From positions 1 through 39,683 of the IMG/VR virus record IMGVR_UViG_3300029156_000008: a DNA stretch of 39,683 nucleotides; one strand, 5' to 3'. A program made the position numbers and the translations under genes. Below, in pieces: positions 6,323 through 15,388 of the stretch (the first letter of the stretch is position 1; each line of letters starts with the position of its first letter). This stretch comes from a virus (Duplodnaviria > Caudoviricetes). The notes under the pieces were generated by a model, which did no database searches, had not been told where the DNA came from, and saw nothing but the letters and a program-made list of their open reading frames with translations.

Positions 6323-7927
6323 ATGAGCGAAGAGGAGCCGAAAGAATACGTCTACCAGCCCAGAGGGGCGGTGTGGGACTTGTACTGGGAGAACCGGGAT
6401 CCGGAGGTCCTGCTGGAGGGACCTGCTGGAACTGGAAAGAGCCGTGGCGCTCTCGAGTACGCCTACATGTGCGCGACGAACTATCCGGGTTGCAGGATCT
6501 TGTTCTTGCGCAACGTCAAGTCAACGCTTGCAGAGTCGATCCTTCCCGAATGGGAAAGCTCTGTTCTGTGGCCTGGCCATCCTGTCTTGGCTGGGTCAGA
6601 GCAGATGATGGAGAACCGCCGCTCCTACACCTTCCCACACGCAAAGGTGATCGGAGACGGGACGTTCCACCCAGACGACAAAGGCAAGGTCTACGAAGGT
6701 GAGACCCACATCGTCCTTGGAGGCCTGGATAAGAACCAGGTCGATAAAACTTATTCGTCGCAATATGATCTCATCATCGTCTTCGAGGCTTTCGAGATCA
6801 CCGAGGACGCCTGGCAGAAGCTGTTCCGAGCCAACCGAAACTGGCATATGCCCTGGCAGCAGATGGTGGCGGACACCAACCCGAACATCGCCAACCACTG
6901 GCTGCACCTCCGAGCGGACAAGCCATATGAGGTCCCGCCTGAGCTCAAGGATCAGCTCGATGTGAGACCCGGTCAGACGATGATGACCAGGCTCGTCTCG
7001 AAGCATAAGGACAACCCCAAGTTCTGGGACCACAAGGAGAAGAAGTGGACCCATGCGGGGGCGAACTACATCGCCAAGCTCCACCGTCTCTCAGGGGCTC
7101 GTAAGGACAACCTCCTTCACGGCAAGTGGACCTCAGTTGAGGGTCTGATCTTCGAGGACTGGAACCGTGGCACGCACGTCATCCATGCGGAGCTGAAGAC
7201 GGAGCATGGTGTTCACAAGCTCTACGTCGAGGACTGGGACGATCCGATCATTCTCACGTGGTTCATCGCTTCGGTGGACTGGGGCTACCACCCGAACCCT
7301 GGGACGGTGCAGGTGTGGGGGATGGACCAGGAGGACCGTCGCTTCCTGGTGGCCGAGATCTACCAGACGAAGAGGCAGTTGGACTGGTGGGCTGACAAGA
7401 TCGCTGATCTCCATGCCCGCTTCGACTTCAAGGCTGTCGTGTGTGATGGCTCGGAGCCCCACAACATCGACGCCCTGAACATGCGGCTGGGGACGTTCCG
7501 GGGTCGAGAGGTCCCGAGCCTGGCTCAGAAGCAGTCCAGGAAGCACAGTTCCCGCACCAGCGGCTGGCAGGCAGGTATCGACCAGATCCGGTTTGGGCTG
7601 AAGTCTCCGGAGGATGGTGTGCCGAGGCTGTTCGTTCTCTCGGATGCTCTGAAGGAGGGTGCGGATCCCGAGCTCCGTGAGTCGGGCAGACCTACGAGCT
7701 TCGCCCAGGAGATGGATCTGTACCGCTACATGCCCAACGAGGACGGGAAGCCGAGGAAGGAGCAGGAGGACCCGAGATGTGATGCTCACGGGATCGACGC
7801 TGCCCGGTATGCCTGGACGTGGGGGTGGAGGAAGGATCTATCACCGAAAGAGCAGAATCAGGCTTACGCTCCCGGCACGTTCGGGGCAGTCTTGGGCCAT
7901 GGAAAGAAACGTCGGGGTGGCAGATAG
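6323..7927 (+). CDS. terL: Terminase large subunit
   Basis: Walker A GPAGTGKS, Walker B-like LIIVFEA, motif C DTNP, nuclease SVDWGY and DAHGIDAARYA; start re-called at ATG 6323. Confidence 0.93.
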   Translation: MSEEEPKEYVYQPRGAVWDLYWENRDPEVLLEGPAGTGKSRGALEYAYMCATNYPGCRILFLRNVKSTLAESILPEWESSVLWPGHPVLAGSEQMMENRRSYTFPHAKVIGDGTFHPDDKGKVYEGETHIVLGGLDKNQVDKTYSSQYDLIIVFEAFEITEDAWQKLFRANRNWHMPWQQMVADTNPNIANHWLHLRADKPYEVPPELKDQLDVRPGQTMMTRLVSKHKDNPKFWDHKEKKWTHAGANYIAKLHRLSGARKDNLLHGKWTSVEGLIFEDWNRGTHVIHAELKTEHGVHKLYVEDWDDPIILTWFIASVDWGYHPNPGTVQVWGMDQEDRRFLVAEIYQTKRQLDWWADKIADLHARFDFKAVVCDGSEPHNIDALNMRLGTFRGREVPSLAQKQSRKHSSRTSGWQAGIDQIRFGLKSPEDGVPRLFVLSDALKEGADPELRESGRPTSFAQEMDLYRYMPNEDGKPRKEQEDPRCDAHGIDAARYAWTWGWRKDLSPKEQNQAYAPGTFGAVLGHGKKRRGGR

Positions 7928-8444
7928 GGTTATCGAGAGCCTGTCTGATCCGAGCCAGTGGATCCTGTGGCTTGTGGGGGCGTGCGTGGCAACCGTCTTC
8001 GGATGGGGGTTGCGTGCGCTCTTGAAGAAGCCCGAGCCGAAGCGGTTCGAGGGGGTGAAGAAGAACGACCGGGCAACGCTGGAAAAGCGGCGGTCTGAAT
8101 CTGATCTGTTCATCTACAAGGACTTCGACAAGAACCGGCACATGGTGGGGAGTCTGGCAGATGTGAAGCCGGGCCAGGTTGTTGCTCTCCCTTCCAATGG
8201 CCACGTTGAGATCAAGAACGTGACCTTCGAGGGATTCAGTAAAGGCGATCTGGCGTACCTCGACATCGCTCGGGAACGGGCTGCTGGGGGTAAGCGCCCA
8301 GAGCCGTTTCCGTTCGCCAACCTCTGGGCTAGATCGCAGGCTCGCCAAGGGATCATCTACCCCAACCCCAACCTGACTGACGACGAGATCAAGGAAGCAT
8401 CCCTGACACCGGAGGACATCTTTGGAAGAGACGAAGAATCCTAA
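7899..8444 (+). CDS. Membrane-anchored hypothetical protein
   Basis: TM-like WILWLVGACVATVFGWGLRALL followed by KK; start at ATG 7899 or GTG 7917. Confidence 0.6.
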   Translation: MERNVGVADRVIESLSDPSQWILWLVGACVATVFGWGLRALLKKPEPKRFEGVKKNDRATLEKRRSESDLFIYKDFDKNRHMVGSLADVKPGQVVALPSNGHVEIKNVTFEGFSKGDLAYLDIARERAAGGKRPEPFPFANLWARSQARQGIIYPNPNLTDDEIKEASLTPEDIFGRDEES

Positions 8445-8613
8445 GGCCTGCGACTGCTGCCTGAAGCCGATGCACCGTCACCTGGACAGGAGGGCCAGAT
8501 ACTTGTGTCCCCACTGTGGGCAGACACTCTGCGACCTGATGGTGACGGAAGATGACGAGGGGTTCACCGTCCACGCGGATGGGTTCTGCCCCGGAGCTGT
8601 GAACAAGCTATGA
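8422..8613 (+). CDS. Small Cys-rich (zinc-finger-like) protein
   Basis: CDCC, CPHC and further Cys; stop overlaps next ATG. Confidence 0.55.
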   Translation: MEETKNPKACDCCLKPMHRHLDRRARYLCPHCGQTLCDLMVTEDDEGFTVHADGFCPGAVNKL

Positions 8614-8858
8614 AGGAATCGAAGCACGCATACCCGTTGCCTGGTGTCTACCGTGGGAACGGCTACACTCCGTCCGAGCCTGGCATGAGCACACGGCTCT
8701 ACATCGCCACCGAGGTCTTGAAGGCCCTTCTCGTTGGTGATGTGTTTATCGCCAGAATCCAATCTCAGTCAGAGAGTCCGGACGAGGCTGTGCGCCTCGC
8801 ATCCAAGGCTGCCTTGGGCCATGCTCTCATCCTCATGGAGGAAGATGCCAAGCTATGA
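8610..8858 (+). CDS. Conserved small phage protein (AFP...GMTLRDYFA-like)
   Basis: HAYP...PGMSTRLYIATEVLKALL resembles this widespread phage family. Confidence 0.7.
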   Translation: MKESKHAYPLPGVYRGNGYTPSEPGMSTRLYIATEVLKALLVGDVFIARIQSQSESPDEAVRLASKAALGHALILMEEDAKL

Positions 8859-9040
8859 AAGAGAACCATCGAACGAAGTACGTCGCGGAGCTCCAGGAGA
8901 TGATGACCAGGAAGCTCTCTCAGTCCTCTGGCACGGAGCTTCGGGTGTTGTGCGAGACGATGCCTGCGAGCTTGCGTGACGCCTTCATCCAGGCGCTCAA
9001 GGACACGAACGAGGACTTCCCGGAGAAGCTCCGGATCTAA
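8855..9040 (+). CDS. Hypothetical protein
   Basis: ATGA-coupled; last gene of the terL run. Confidence 0.6.
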   Translation: MKENHRTKYVAELQEMMTRKLSQSSGTELRVLCETMPASLRDAFIQALKDTNEDFPEKLRI

Positions 9041-9273
9041 CGGTTGATCGGGATCGGAGAGGGCCCATCTCTCTCGCTGGTCCTGATGAAGGCTGAGTCC
9101 CCCTCCGTGGCTCGGTCTGCACGGCATCCAGCTTTTTGTCCAGGCTGGGTGCCGTGCCTTTTTCTGTGAGGGGGGACTGTGGTGAGAAGCACAGGAAGCC
9201 CCACAGACCTCCGAGGAGGAAGAGGGTGACGCCGATCCACATCCCGTAGGTGAGGGTGGCGACGAAGTCCCGG

Positions 9274-9531
9274 TCAGTGGCTTTGCTCTGGAGCACGGGA
9301 GAGGACTCGGTAGAGGTAGGAGGCGGCGGCTTCTTCGTGTCCCTTGTCCTTGCCGCCGATCTCGAGGAAGAAGCGATCGGTCTCCAGGTCGTAGACGGCG
9401 ACCGGGACGATGGTCTGCTTCGCTCCCCAGCTCTCGACGGGGACACGGATGGACTTGACGTTGGTTTCCTCGCAGGCGATGCGTGCGAGGTCCTTACCCC
9501 TCTGGGCTTCTTCGGTTGAGCCGTAGTCCAT
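9274..9531 (-). CDS. Hypothetical protein
   Basis: Start re-called at ATG 9531 (TGATG overlap with upstream peptide gene). Confidence 0.6.
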   Translation of the reverse strand: MDYGSTEEAQRGKDLARIACEETNVKSIRVPVESWGAKQTIVPVAVYDLETDRFFLEIGGKDKGHEEAAASYLYRVLSRAPEQSH

Positions 9532-9617
9532 CAGAACAGCCACCAAGCGAGGATGGCCCAGAGGAGGAAGGAGATGACTGCGGTGGCGAGGTAGTACCGC
9601 AGTGGGGTTGACGTCAC
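9531..9617 (-). CDS. 28-aa single-TM peptide (not in ORF track)
   Basis: MTSTPLRYYLATAVISFLLWAILAWWLF; GTGA and TGATG couplings. Confidence 0.55.
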   Translation of the reverse strand: MTSTPLRYYLATAVISFLLWAILAWWLF

Positions 9618-9772
9618 TTTCCTAGCCTCAGCCATCTCTTTGCTTTCCATACAAGCTCTGGGTTGGGTTGTTGTCGGTAGAGGAAGGGGACGTAGCTGTG
9701 AGACGTGTATGGGATCCCAAGCCTCTGGAGCCTCCGTGCGTGGAGATAGGCCGCGATCTCTCTCCAGGTCAG
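9614..9772 (-). CDS. 52-aa hypothetical protein, probable CTG start
   Basis: (M)TWREIAAYLHARR...; CTGA overlap with the stop at 9769. Confidence 0.45.
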   Translation of the reverse strand: MTWREIAAYLHARRLQRLGIPYTSHSYVPFLYRQQPNPELVWKAKRWLRLGK

Positions 9773-11238
9773 CGAAGCGGCTTGCGGTGTTCGCTCCACA
9801 TCTCGAGGACCCATGGGTAGATGCCTTTCGTTTGTTGGAGGGCGTTCTTGTCCCCGATCACCTGCTTCTCCCAGTACCTGTCGAGGTAGCCGAAGAGGGG
9901 TTCGTGGGAGACGAGGTGCTCTGCCCCCATGAGCTGGGCCGCCAACGTCCATCCCCACCATGTTCGAGCCGTGTCTGAGGTTCGGTAACGAAGGTTCTTC
10001 CAGTTGGGGTCTGATTGGGGGGCGGCCCAACGTACATCGTCCATTCCTCGTCCGATGCGCGTGCCTTTGGGGCCGGCGGGCTTGGCGTGTTGGTTGCCCC
10101 ACTCGTACATGCCGATGTGTTCCTGGGTGTAGTTCCCATAGCCGAGGCTCACGTCCTCCTGGGTTACCTGGAAGGTCTGGTCGATCTCGTTGAAGGCAAC
10201 GCTGGGTTGGCGGAACCGGACGTTCATCATGTCCTCGTCGTCGAGGAGGATGCCTGCGAAGAGGATGGGCCAGAGCCTGCCGGAGTGATGCTGACCACCG
10301 GCTGGGAAGTTGTTGTGTCCTCCGTCCTTGACGATCCCCATGAGGTCGATGCCGTACTGGATGAGGCCGTAGATCAGGGGCTTGTGGTCGTCTGGGTCTG
10401 TGAGGGCTAGGAGGGATGCGATGCCGACAGCGTCACAGATGTCCTTGCCATCCATGGGCATGTTGTTGACCGGGTGGAGCTCCCTCCCAGGCCAGTCAGG
10501 CATGTGGTCGATCCAGGGTCCGGAGGCGAACATCTGGTCTACGGGGATCCATGCCTTGTTCGATCCACCACCTCGAAGGACCTCCTTGGTTGGAGTGCCG
10601 ACGGACTTCACTCTGGGCAGCCGGTCCCACTGGATCATGTCTGTGGTGAACCGGATCCCATCCCTGCCGGAGATGGGGGGACGGAAGAAGCCCTTGGGAG
10701 GCTGTGTACTCACGCAGGAGAGGACCTGGGCCTCCCTGAGCCTCGGACGCTCCACGGAGTCCGGAAGGCTCACAGCGGTCAGCAGAGAGTCTCCTGGGGC
10801 AAGCTCTGAGTTCCTGGGGTTGAGACCGGGGTTGTAGGTGGTCTCTTTGTCGACCTTGACCAGGCCTGTGAACCAAGTGTTGGTCTTGCGGTTGGTCTCT
10901 TTGGGGGAGGGGTTGATCTGGGAGAGGGTCGTTTTGGGGTCTGCTGAGGCGTTGGTGGGGCCTACGAGGACCGGGTCTCCGAGGACGGACATGTAGACAT
11001 CCTGGATTTCAGCTAGGCCCCATTCGATCACGCCGGGGGACTCAGCTATATCGCCTCTGCCAATCGGCGGATCCGGATCAACAGGGGGATCGGGGTCTAC
11101 CGGGTCATCGGGTTCGGTGGGGTGGCCCTGGATGGCCTCGATGGCCCAGCGCTCCATCTGTTGTTGTTCTTCTCGGGTGGCCTCCCGGTAGACGGAGATG
11201 AGCTTGAAGACGTGTTCACGTGTTTGTTCGGGGATCAC
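9769..11238 (-). CDS. 489-aa enzyme-like protein of unknown function with Pro/Asp linker
   Basis: Short helical N-terminus, DDPVDPDPPVDPDPP linker, then a large Trp/His-rich domain (QYGIDLMG...GGQHHSGRLWPILFAGILL). Confidence 0.8.
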   Translation of the reverse strand: MIPEQTREHVFKLISVYREATREEQQQMERWAIEAIQGHPTEPDDPVDPDPPVDPDPPIGRGDIAESPGVIEWGLAEIQDVYMSVLGDPVLVGPTNASADPKTTLSQINPSPKETNRKTNTWFTGLVKVDKETTYNPGLNPRNSELAPGDSLLTAVSLPDSVERPRLREAQVLSCVSTQPPKGFFRPPISGRDGIRFTTDMIQWDRLPRVKSVGTPTKEVLRGGGSNKAWIPVDQMFASGPWIDHMPDWPGRELHPVNNMPMDGKDICDAVGIASLLALTDPDDHKPLIYGLIQYGIDLMGIVKDGGHNNFPAGGQHHSGRLWPILFAGILLDDEDMMNVRFRQPSVAFNEIDQTFQVTQEDVSLGYGNYTQEHIGMYEWGNQHAKPAGPKGTRIGRGMDDVRWAAPQSDPNWKNLRYRTSDTARTWWGWTLAAQLMGAEHLVSHEPLFGYLDRYWEKQVIGDKNALQQTKGIYPWVLEMWSEHRKPLR

Positions 11239-11432
11239 TTGGAGAATTCTTCCTTGAGAGCCTGGATGGCTCCGCGTGTGAGGTTCTTGCCTGCCGCTTG
11301 GGTGGTCTCTGCCGCTGCTTTGTCGATGTCGATGACCTTCCCTTCCTTAGGGGGGTCTGTCCACCGAGCCCACGCATACAGCCCACCGATAACGACAGTC
11401 ATCACGAAGACGATGACCTGTTGCCTCTTCAC
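11235..11432 (-). CDS. Small membrane protein
   Basis: N-terminal TM helix; coupled overlaps. Confidence 0.65.
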   Translation of the reverse strand: MKRQQVIVFVMTVVIGGLYAWARWTDPPKEGKVIDIDKAAAETTQAAGKNLTRGAIQALKEEFSK

Positions 11433-11695
11433 TTGAGCTTCCAGCGGTTGAGGTAGCCGTCTACCAGTGTGAGTTCGTTGTGTTCGTCGAGGTTCTCGAA
11501 GGAGGCGTCAGGGATGGGGAGGCAGATGTACTCATCGTCCCCGGATCCGAACTCACCGGCCCGGATGAGCTGGTAGCCCCCGGCGTGCGCCTTGCTCGTG
11601 TTCCTGGTGAGTGACTTGGTGACGTAGGCCGTGGGCCACACGCGCAGGAGACGCACCACGTCTGCGGGATGCTTGATGTCTAGCTGGTCACTCAC
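11429..11695 (-). CDS. Hypothetical protein
   Basis: Start re-called at GTG 11695 (GTGA overlap). Confidence 0.6.
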   Translation of the reverse strand: MSDQLDIKHPADVVRLLRVWPTAYVTKSLTRNTSKAHAGGYQLIRAGEFGSGDDEYICLPIPDASFENLDEHNELTLVDGYLNRWKLK

Positions 11696-11895
11696 TTCTT
11701 CCTGTTCCTCTCGTCTGCCTTGGAGACGGCGATGGTGTCTTTCCTGCCTGTGCGGTCCACGAAGTAGCGACACCCATCACCTCGATCAGGTGAGTTCTCG
11801 AAGTAGCTCTGCGCCCATCTGGGAAGGCGGGTGTAGCGGTAGCAGTTCTTCCGCACCTCGCACTTCCAGTCCCGACACATGGCGTCAGTCACCAC
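11692..11895 (-). CDS. Conserved Cys-rich small phage protein
   Basis: MC....C..R.NCYRY...P...QSYF...P....C.YF pattern common in environmental phages. Confidence 0.75.
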   Translation of the reverse strand: MVTDAMCRDWKCEVRKNCYRYTRLPRWAQSYFENSPDRGDGCRYFVDRTGRKDTIAVSKADERNRKK

Positions 11896-12073
11896 GTCGC
11901 TCCACCTTCAGTTCGTTCTCGAGATTTTGGATCTCAGCGTCCTTGAGGAGCCAGTCATCCAGCAGCCGGAGCTCCCACTTGAGCCCCTTGGCTTCCCGTG
12001 CCTGTGCGTGACGGAGCAAAACCTCGATGACGGCCTTGCGTGCCTTCACCTCCTCGCGGGTGGGTTTACTCAA
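11885..12073 (-). CDS. Hypothetical helical protein
   Basis: TTG start overlapping upstream stop. Confidence 0.55.
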   Translation of the reverse strand: MSKPTREEVKARKAVIEVLLRHAQAREAKGLKWELRLLDDWLLKDAEIQNLENELKVERRGD

Positions 12074-12200
12074 GACCTAGCTTCTTTCGGATCCAGGCGG
12101 AGGTCTCCCCTCGTTTCACCTTGGCTTCCTTGAGGAGCTTCCGAAGGAGACGCTCCTGCTTCGGGGTGAGAGAGAAGGATCTGTATCGCGTGTCAGTCAT
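12066..12200 (-). CDS. 44-aa ribbon-helix-helix-like DNA-binding protein (not in ORF track)
   Basis: MTDTRYRSFSLTPKQERLLRKLLKEAKVKRGETSAWIRKKLGLE: alternating strand, helix, G turn, SxWIR helix. Confidence 0.6.
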   Translation of the reverse strand: MTDTRYRSFSLTPKQERLLRKLLKEAKVKRGETSAWIRKKLGLE

Positions 12201-12233
12201 CCACGCGGTTCTATCAACTCCCCAGGATCCGTG
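12201..12233 (-). promoter_or_regulatory. Leftward promoter, copy 3 of CACGGAT motif
   Basis: CACGGATC starts 33 nt upstream of ATG 12200; TGATAGAAC in the same register as TGATATCAA of the RAMP promoter. Confidence 0.6.
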
Positions 12234-12245
12234 GGGCTCTATCTG

Positions 12246-12497
12246 TCAGAAACCCTTGCGGTGCTCCAGGCCTCCGAAGGTGGCACCTTTCAGCATCTGC
12301 CCTGACTTGTGGACGGCATGCCGCTTCTTGATGTAGAGGAGGCGGATCTCTTCCGGGCTTTTCCTCGTGACCGCCTTCTCGATGCCTTGAAGGTCTTGGG
12401 ACTTCCGCTTCGAAGCAGCCTTCCGGTCAAGCTGCCGAAGCTCCTCTTCCTCCAGCCTCCGACCTGGCTTGTGCCTTCTCCTGGATGTTCTGTACAT
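12246..12497 (-). CDS. Highly basic hypothetical protein
   Basis: Lys/Arg-rich ORF; TAGGTT at -13..-8 of its ATG. Confidence 0.6.
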   Translation of the reverse strand: MYRTSRRRHKPGRRLEEEELRQLDRKAASKRKSQDLQGIEKAVTRKSPEEIRLLYIKKRHAVHKSGQMLKGATFGGLEHRKGF

Positions 12498-12888
12498 CCC
12501 ACCAACCTAATAGGTTTCGGTCGGATTGGGGACCTCGGGTCTTCACCTAGGGTTCAGCCCCTACCCCAACCTCCCTCCACAGACTGAAGGAATGCTCGAT
12601 GTTGTTGTCTCGATAGATATCTCAACAACAAATCTCACCCCTTTTAAGCCTCCTCGGGTGCCCCCTCGTCGGGGAAGGCTCGGCTACGCCTCGCTCCCCA
12701 AATCCAAATCTAAGAATCTCCTTCGACTTCGCTCAGGAGGAGATACTGAAGGATTCGCCTCGTTCCTTCGTCACTCGGCTGCATTTTTGGGATTCCGAGA
12801 GGCTAGGCAGACTCCAAGCCCTTTCCAGGATTTTATCGTGAAGTAGCCGGAGTATGTTGTGAACGGGCCATCCCTACTGGCGGTAGGG

Positions 12889-14850
12889 ATGCTTTCTCCG
12901 CTTGATCCCCAGGGTCCTCAGATCCAGACTCCCTTCCATGAAGACCAAGAGACCTCCGAAGTCGAAGACAGCTCCGGGCAAGCCCAAGGGATCGAAGGGC
13001 AAGAAGAAGGGGTACTGATCTTGGACGACTCCAAGCGGATCCTGGAGCTCCAGGCGGGCCTGAAAGAGCGGGACAAGCGTCTCTCCAGCCTCGACGGCCA
13101 GCTCGAGGGCTACACCGGTCCGTTCTGGAAGTCGAAGATCGAGGGTTCCACCCCCGGCGGGTACAACCCCGAGAACCACGTCTACGAGTACATCTCGTAC
13201 GTCGTCCCCCAGCTCGCCTACTCCAACCCCCGTGTGGCCATCAAGAGCCGGGTCTACGGGGCCGAGGAAGAGATGACGCTGATGCGCTATCTCATGAATT
13301 CCTGGGTGGCAGACAACGGCTACGGGGAGTTCCTGGACGCCCCAGCCCACGACGTCTGCTTCTCCTGGGCTGTCCTGCTGACCACCCTCGAAGACCACCC
13401 CTATCTCGAGACCGAGGAAGGGTCCGGGGAGTGGGCGAAGGTCGTGAAGGCCCACCGCCTCTCCCAGAGGGACTATGTCCGTGACCCCGACTCCTACACT
13501 AAGGAGGAGGCCCGTTGGGAGGGTCATGCCTGGGAGATGGACCGGGAAGACCTGATCCGCCTCGCCAAGGAGTCCCCCGAGGAAGGCTGGGATCTGGCTG
13601 TGATCAAGGACCTCGGGAACACCGAGGAGACGAACACGGAGAAGAAGAAGGTCACGGACCGTGACGTCATCCGCTGCTACGACATGTGGTGGAAGAACGA
13701 GGTCCTGGAGGCCGAGGAAGGGGAGGAGCCCCTGACCCAGGAAAACGGCTTCCATGGGGTGATCCACACCTATGCCGCCTGCGACAGTGATGACGGGGTG
13801 ACGATGGTGGAGGTTCGTAACCCCAGAGCCTTCTACGGCCCTCCCTGGGGGATGTACTCCTTCGGGTCGATCCACTACGTCCCCGACGACACCTGGGGCC
13901 TCAGCCCCCTGATCGCGGTCGAGGGTCAGATCCGTGACCTGAACATGCACGCTCGGAACACCTCCAAGCGTGCAGCCCGGCGTAAGCGTCCGGTCTTCGT
14001 GGACGAGAGCATGGAGGGGGCTCTTGCCGAGAAGCTCCAGGACGCCCGGGATGATGAGGTGATCGGGATCGCAGGCTTCGATTCTTCGAAGATCTACGGG
14101 ACCGAGATCGGTGGCATCACAGACCAGGACCTGACCTATGGCGAGCTCGCAAGGAACCGGCTGGAGCGGGTCTCAGGCCTCACGGAGCAGCAGAGAGGCC
14201 AGGCTGGCGCGGCTGATTCGGCAACGGAAGCGGCAATTGCGAAGGAAGGCGGGGATATCCGCCTCGAGTACACGAAGCTCCAGTTCCAGCGTTTGGTCAG
14301 GAAGCAGCTCAAGACGGTCGCCTGGTACTACCACCACGACGAGGACACCCGGCACGTGGTCTCTCCGGAGGCTGCTGAGGAGCTTGGTATCCCGCTTCTC
14401 CCCGGACAGTCGCTGACGATCGAGGGTGGCAACCCCAGGATCCCCTTCGATCTTCTCGGGATCGAGATCGAGCCGCTGTCGATGGAGCGGACGACGACGG
14501 CCTCCCAGCAGCGCAAGGGTCAGGAGTTGGTCCAGACGGTGATCAGCATTGGTCAGGCGATGTTGCAGATGCCCTACATCCAGTGGGGCGATCTCTTGGA
14601 CATCGTCGGGGAATCTCATAACGTCCCGCGCATGGGGGAGTTGTTCAACATGGAGACCCTGTCGCAGTTCGTGCAGATCCAGCAGGAGCTTGGTCAGGCG
14701 AACCCTCAGGCGCAGATCTCCCAGAACGCTCAACCAAAGTCGAGCCAGGGGCTCAACCAGAGCCCGGCCAACCAGGTCATCAGCCAGAGCCCCTTCAACG
14801 GGTTCTCTGAGGGCCAGACCAACAAGCAACAGACGATCGGGGCAAAATGA
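12889..14850 (+). CDS. Portal (head-tail connector) protein
   Basis: About 650 aa; RLERVSGLTEQQRG...SATEA motif typical of podoviral portals; Gln-rich C-terminus; precedes scaffold and capsid. Start at 12889 or GTG 12859. Confidence 0.85.
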   Translation: MLSPLDPQGPQIQTPFHEDQETSEVEDSSGQAQGIEGQEEGVLILDDSKRILELQAGLKERDKRLSSLDGQLEGYTGPFWKSKIEGSTPGGYNPENHVYEYISYVVPQLAYSNPRVAIKSRVYGAEEEMTLMRYLMNSWVADNGYGEFLDAPAHDVCFSWAVLLTTLEDHPYLETEEGSGEWAKVVKAHRLSQRDYVRDPDSYTKEEARWEGHAWEMDREDLIRLAKESPEEGWDLAVIKDLGNTEETNTEKKKVTDRDVIRCYDMWWKNEVLEAEEGEEPLTQENGFHGVIHTYAACDSDDGVTMVEVRNPRAFYGPPWGMYSFGSIHYVPDDTWGLSPLIAVEGQIRDLNMHARNTSKRAARRKRPVFVDESMEGALAEKLQDARDDEVIGIAGFDSSKIYGTEIGGITDQDLTYGELARNRLERVSGLTEQQRGQAGAADSATEAAIAKEGGDIRLEYTKLQFQRLVRKQLKTVAWYYHHDEDTRHVVSPEAAEELGIPLLPGQSLTIEGGNPRIPFDLLGIEIEPLSMERTTTASQQRKGQELVQTVISIGQAMLQMPYIQWGDLLDIVGESHNVPRMGELFNMETLSQFVQIQQELGQANPQAQISQNAQPKSSQGLNQSPANQVISQSPFNGFSEGQTNKQQTIGAK

Positions 14851-15218
14851 AATTCCGACCCAGGGACAACAACGTCCTCCTGCGCATCAAGGACTCGGAC
14901 CAGAACCAGACCACGAAGCTGGTGCTCCCCTACGGGGTGTCCACCATCGGGGGTACGATCGCCACGGTGGTCGAGACAGGTCCTGGATCGGTCTACGAGG
15001 ACGGTGAGCGCTCGGACCACTGTGTTTCGGACCTGAAGCCGGGGATGAAGGTCCTGATCCCCCAGCCTCCGGACTCGATCGTCTTCACAGGCCGCAAGGA
15101 AGACAAGCTGACCTGGATCGGGGCTGAAGAGATCGTTGCTGAGGTCTTCCTGGACCAGCGTTACACCTGGGAGGACGCGGAAGTCCCCCTCCCCGAGCCC
15201 CGACTGATCGAAGCATGA
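14847..15218 (+). CDS. groES: GroES-like co-chaperonin
   Basis: MKFRPRDNNVLLRI, mobile-loop-like TTKLVLP, ATVVETGPG and LKPGMKVLI match the Cpn10 pattern. Confidence 0.8.
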   Translation: MKFRPRDNNVLLRIKDSDQNQTTKLVLPYGVSTIGGTIATVVETGPGSVYEDGERSDHCVSDLKPGMKVLIPQPPDSIVFTGRKEDKLTWIGAEEIVAEVFLDQRYTWEDAEVPLPEPRLIEA

Positions 15219-15388
15219 AAGACAAGCTCCTGACCATCAAGCTCACCGCTCCCCGAGACTGCTCCCAGGAGCCCGCTGCTGCCTACATGCAGGGCGCCGA
15301 GGCGATGCGTCGTGCCTGTGTGGCTGCGATCGGCACCCAGAAGCCGGACAAGCCGAAGAAGACTTTCCTCGGCAAGCCGTCTGACTGA
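15215..15388 (+). CDS. 57-aa hypothetical protein (not in ORF track)
   Basis: MKDKLLTIKLTAPRDC...; ATGA and TGATG couplings. Confidence 0.6.
   Translation: MKDKLLTIKLTAPRDCSQEPAAAYMQGAEAMRRACVAAIGTQKPDKPKKTFLGKPSD

Noticed and set aside
8997-9277. Membrane-protein ORF between the convergent operons
   Set aside because: A TM-like segment is present (MWIGVTLFLLGGLWGFLCF), but the start is unclear and the tail overlaps the opposite gene; not called as a feature.
12874-13950. 358-aa minus-strand ORF
   Set aside because: Antisense to the portal, with shadow-type composition.
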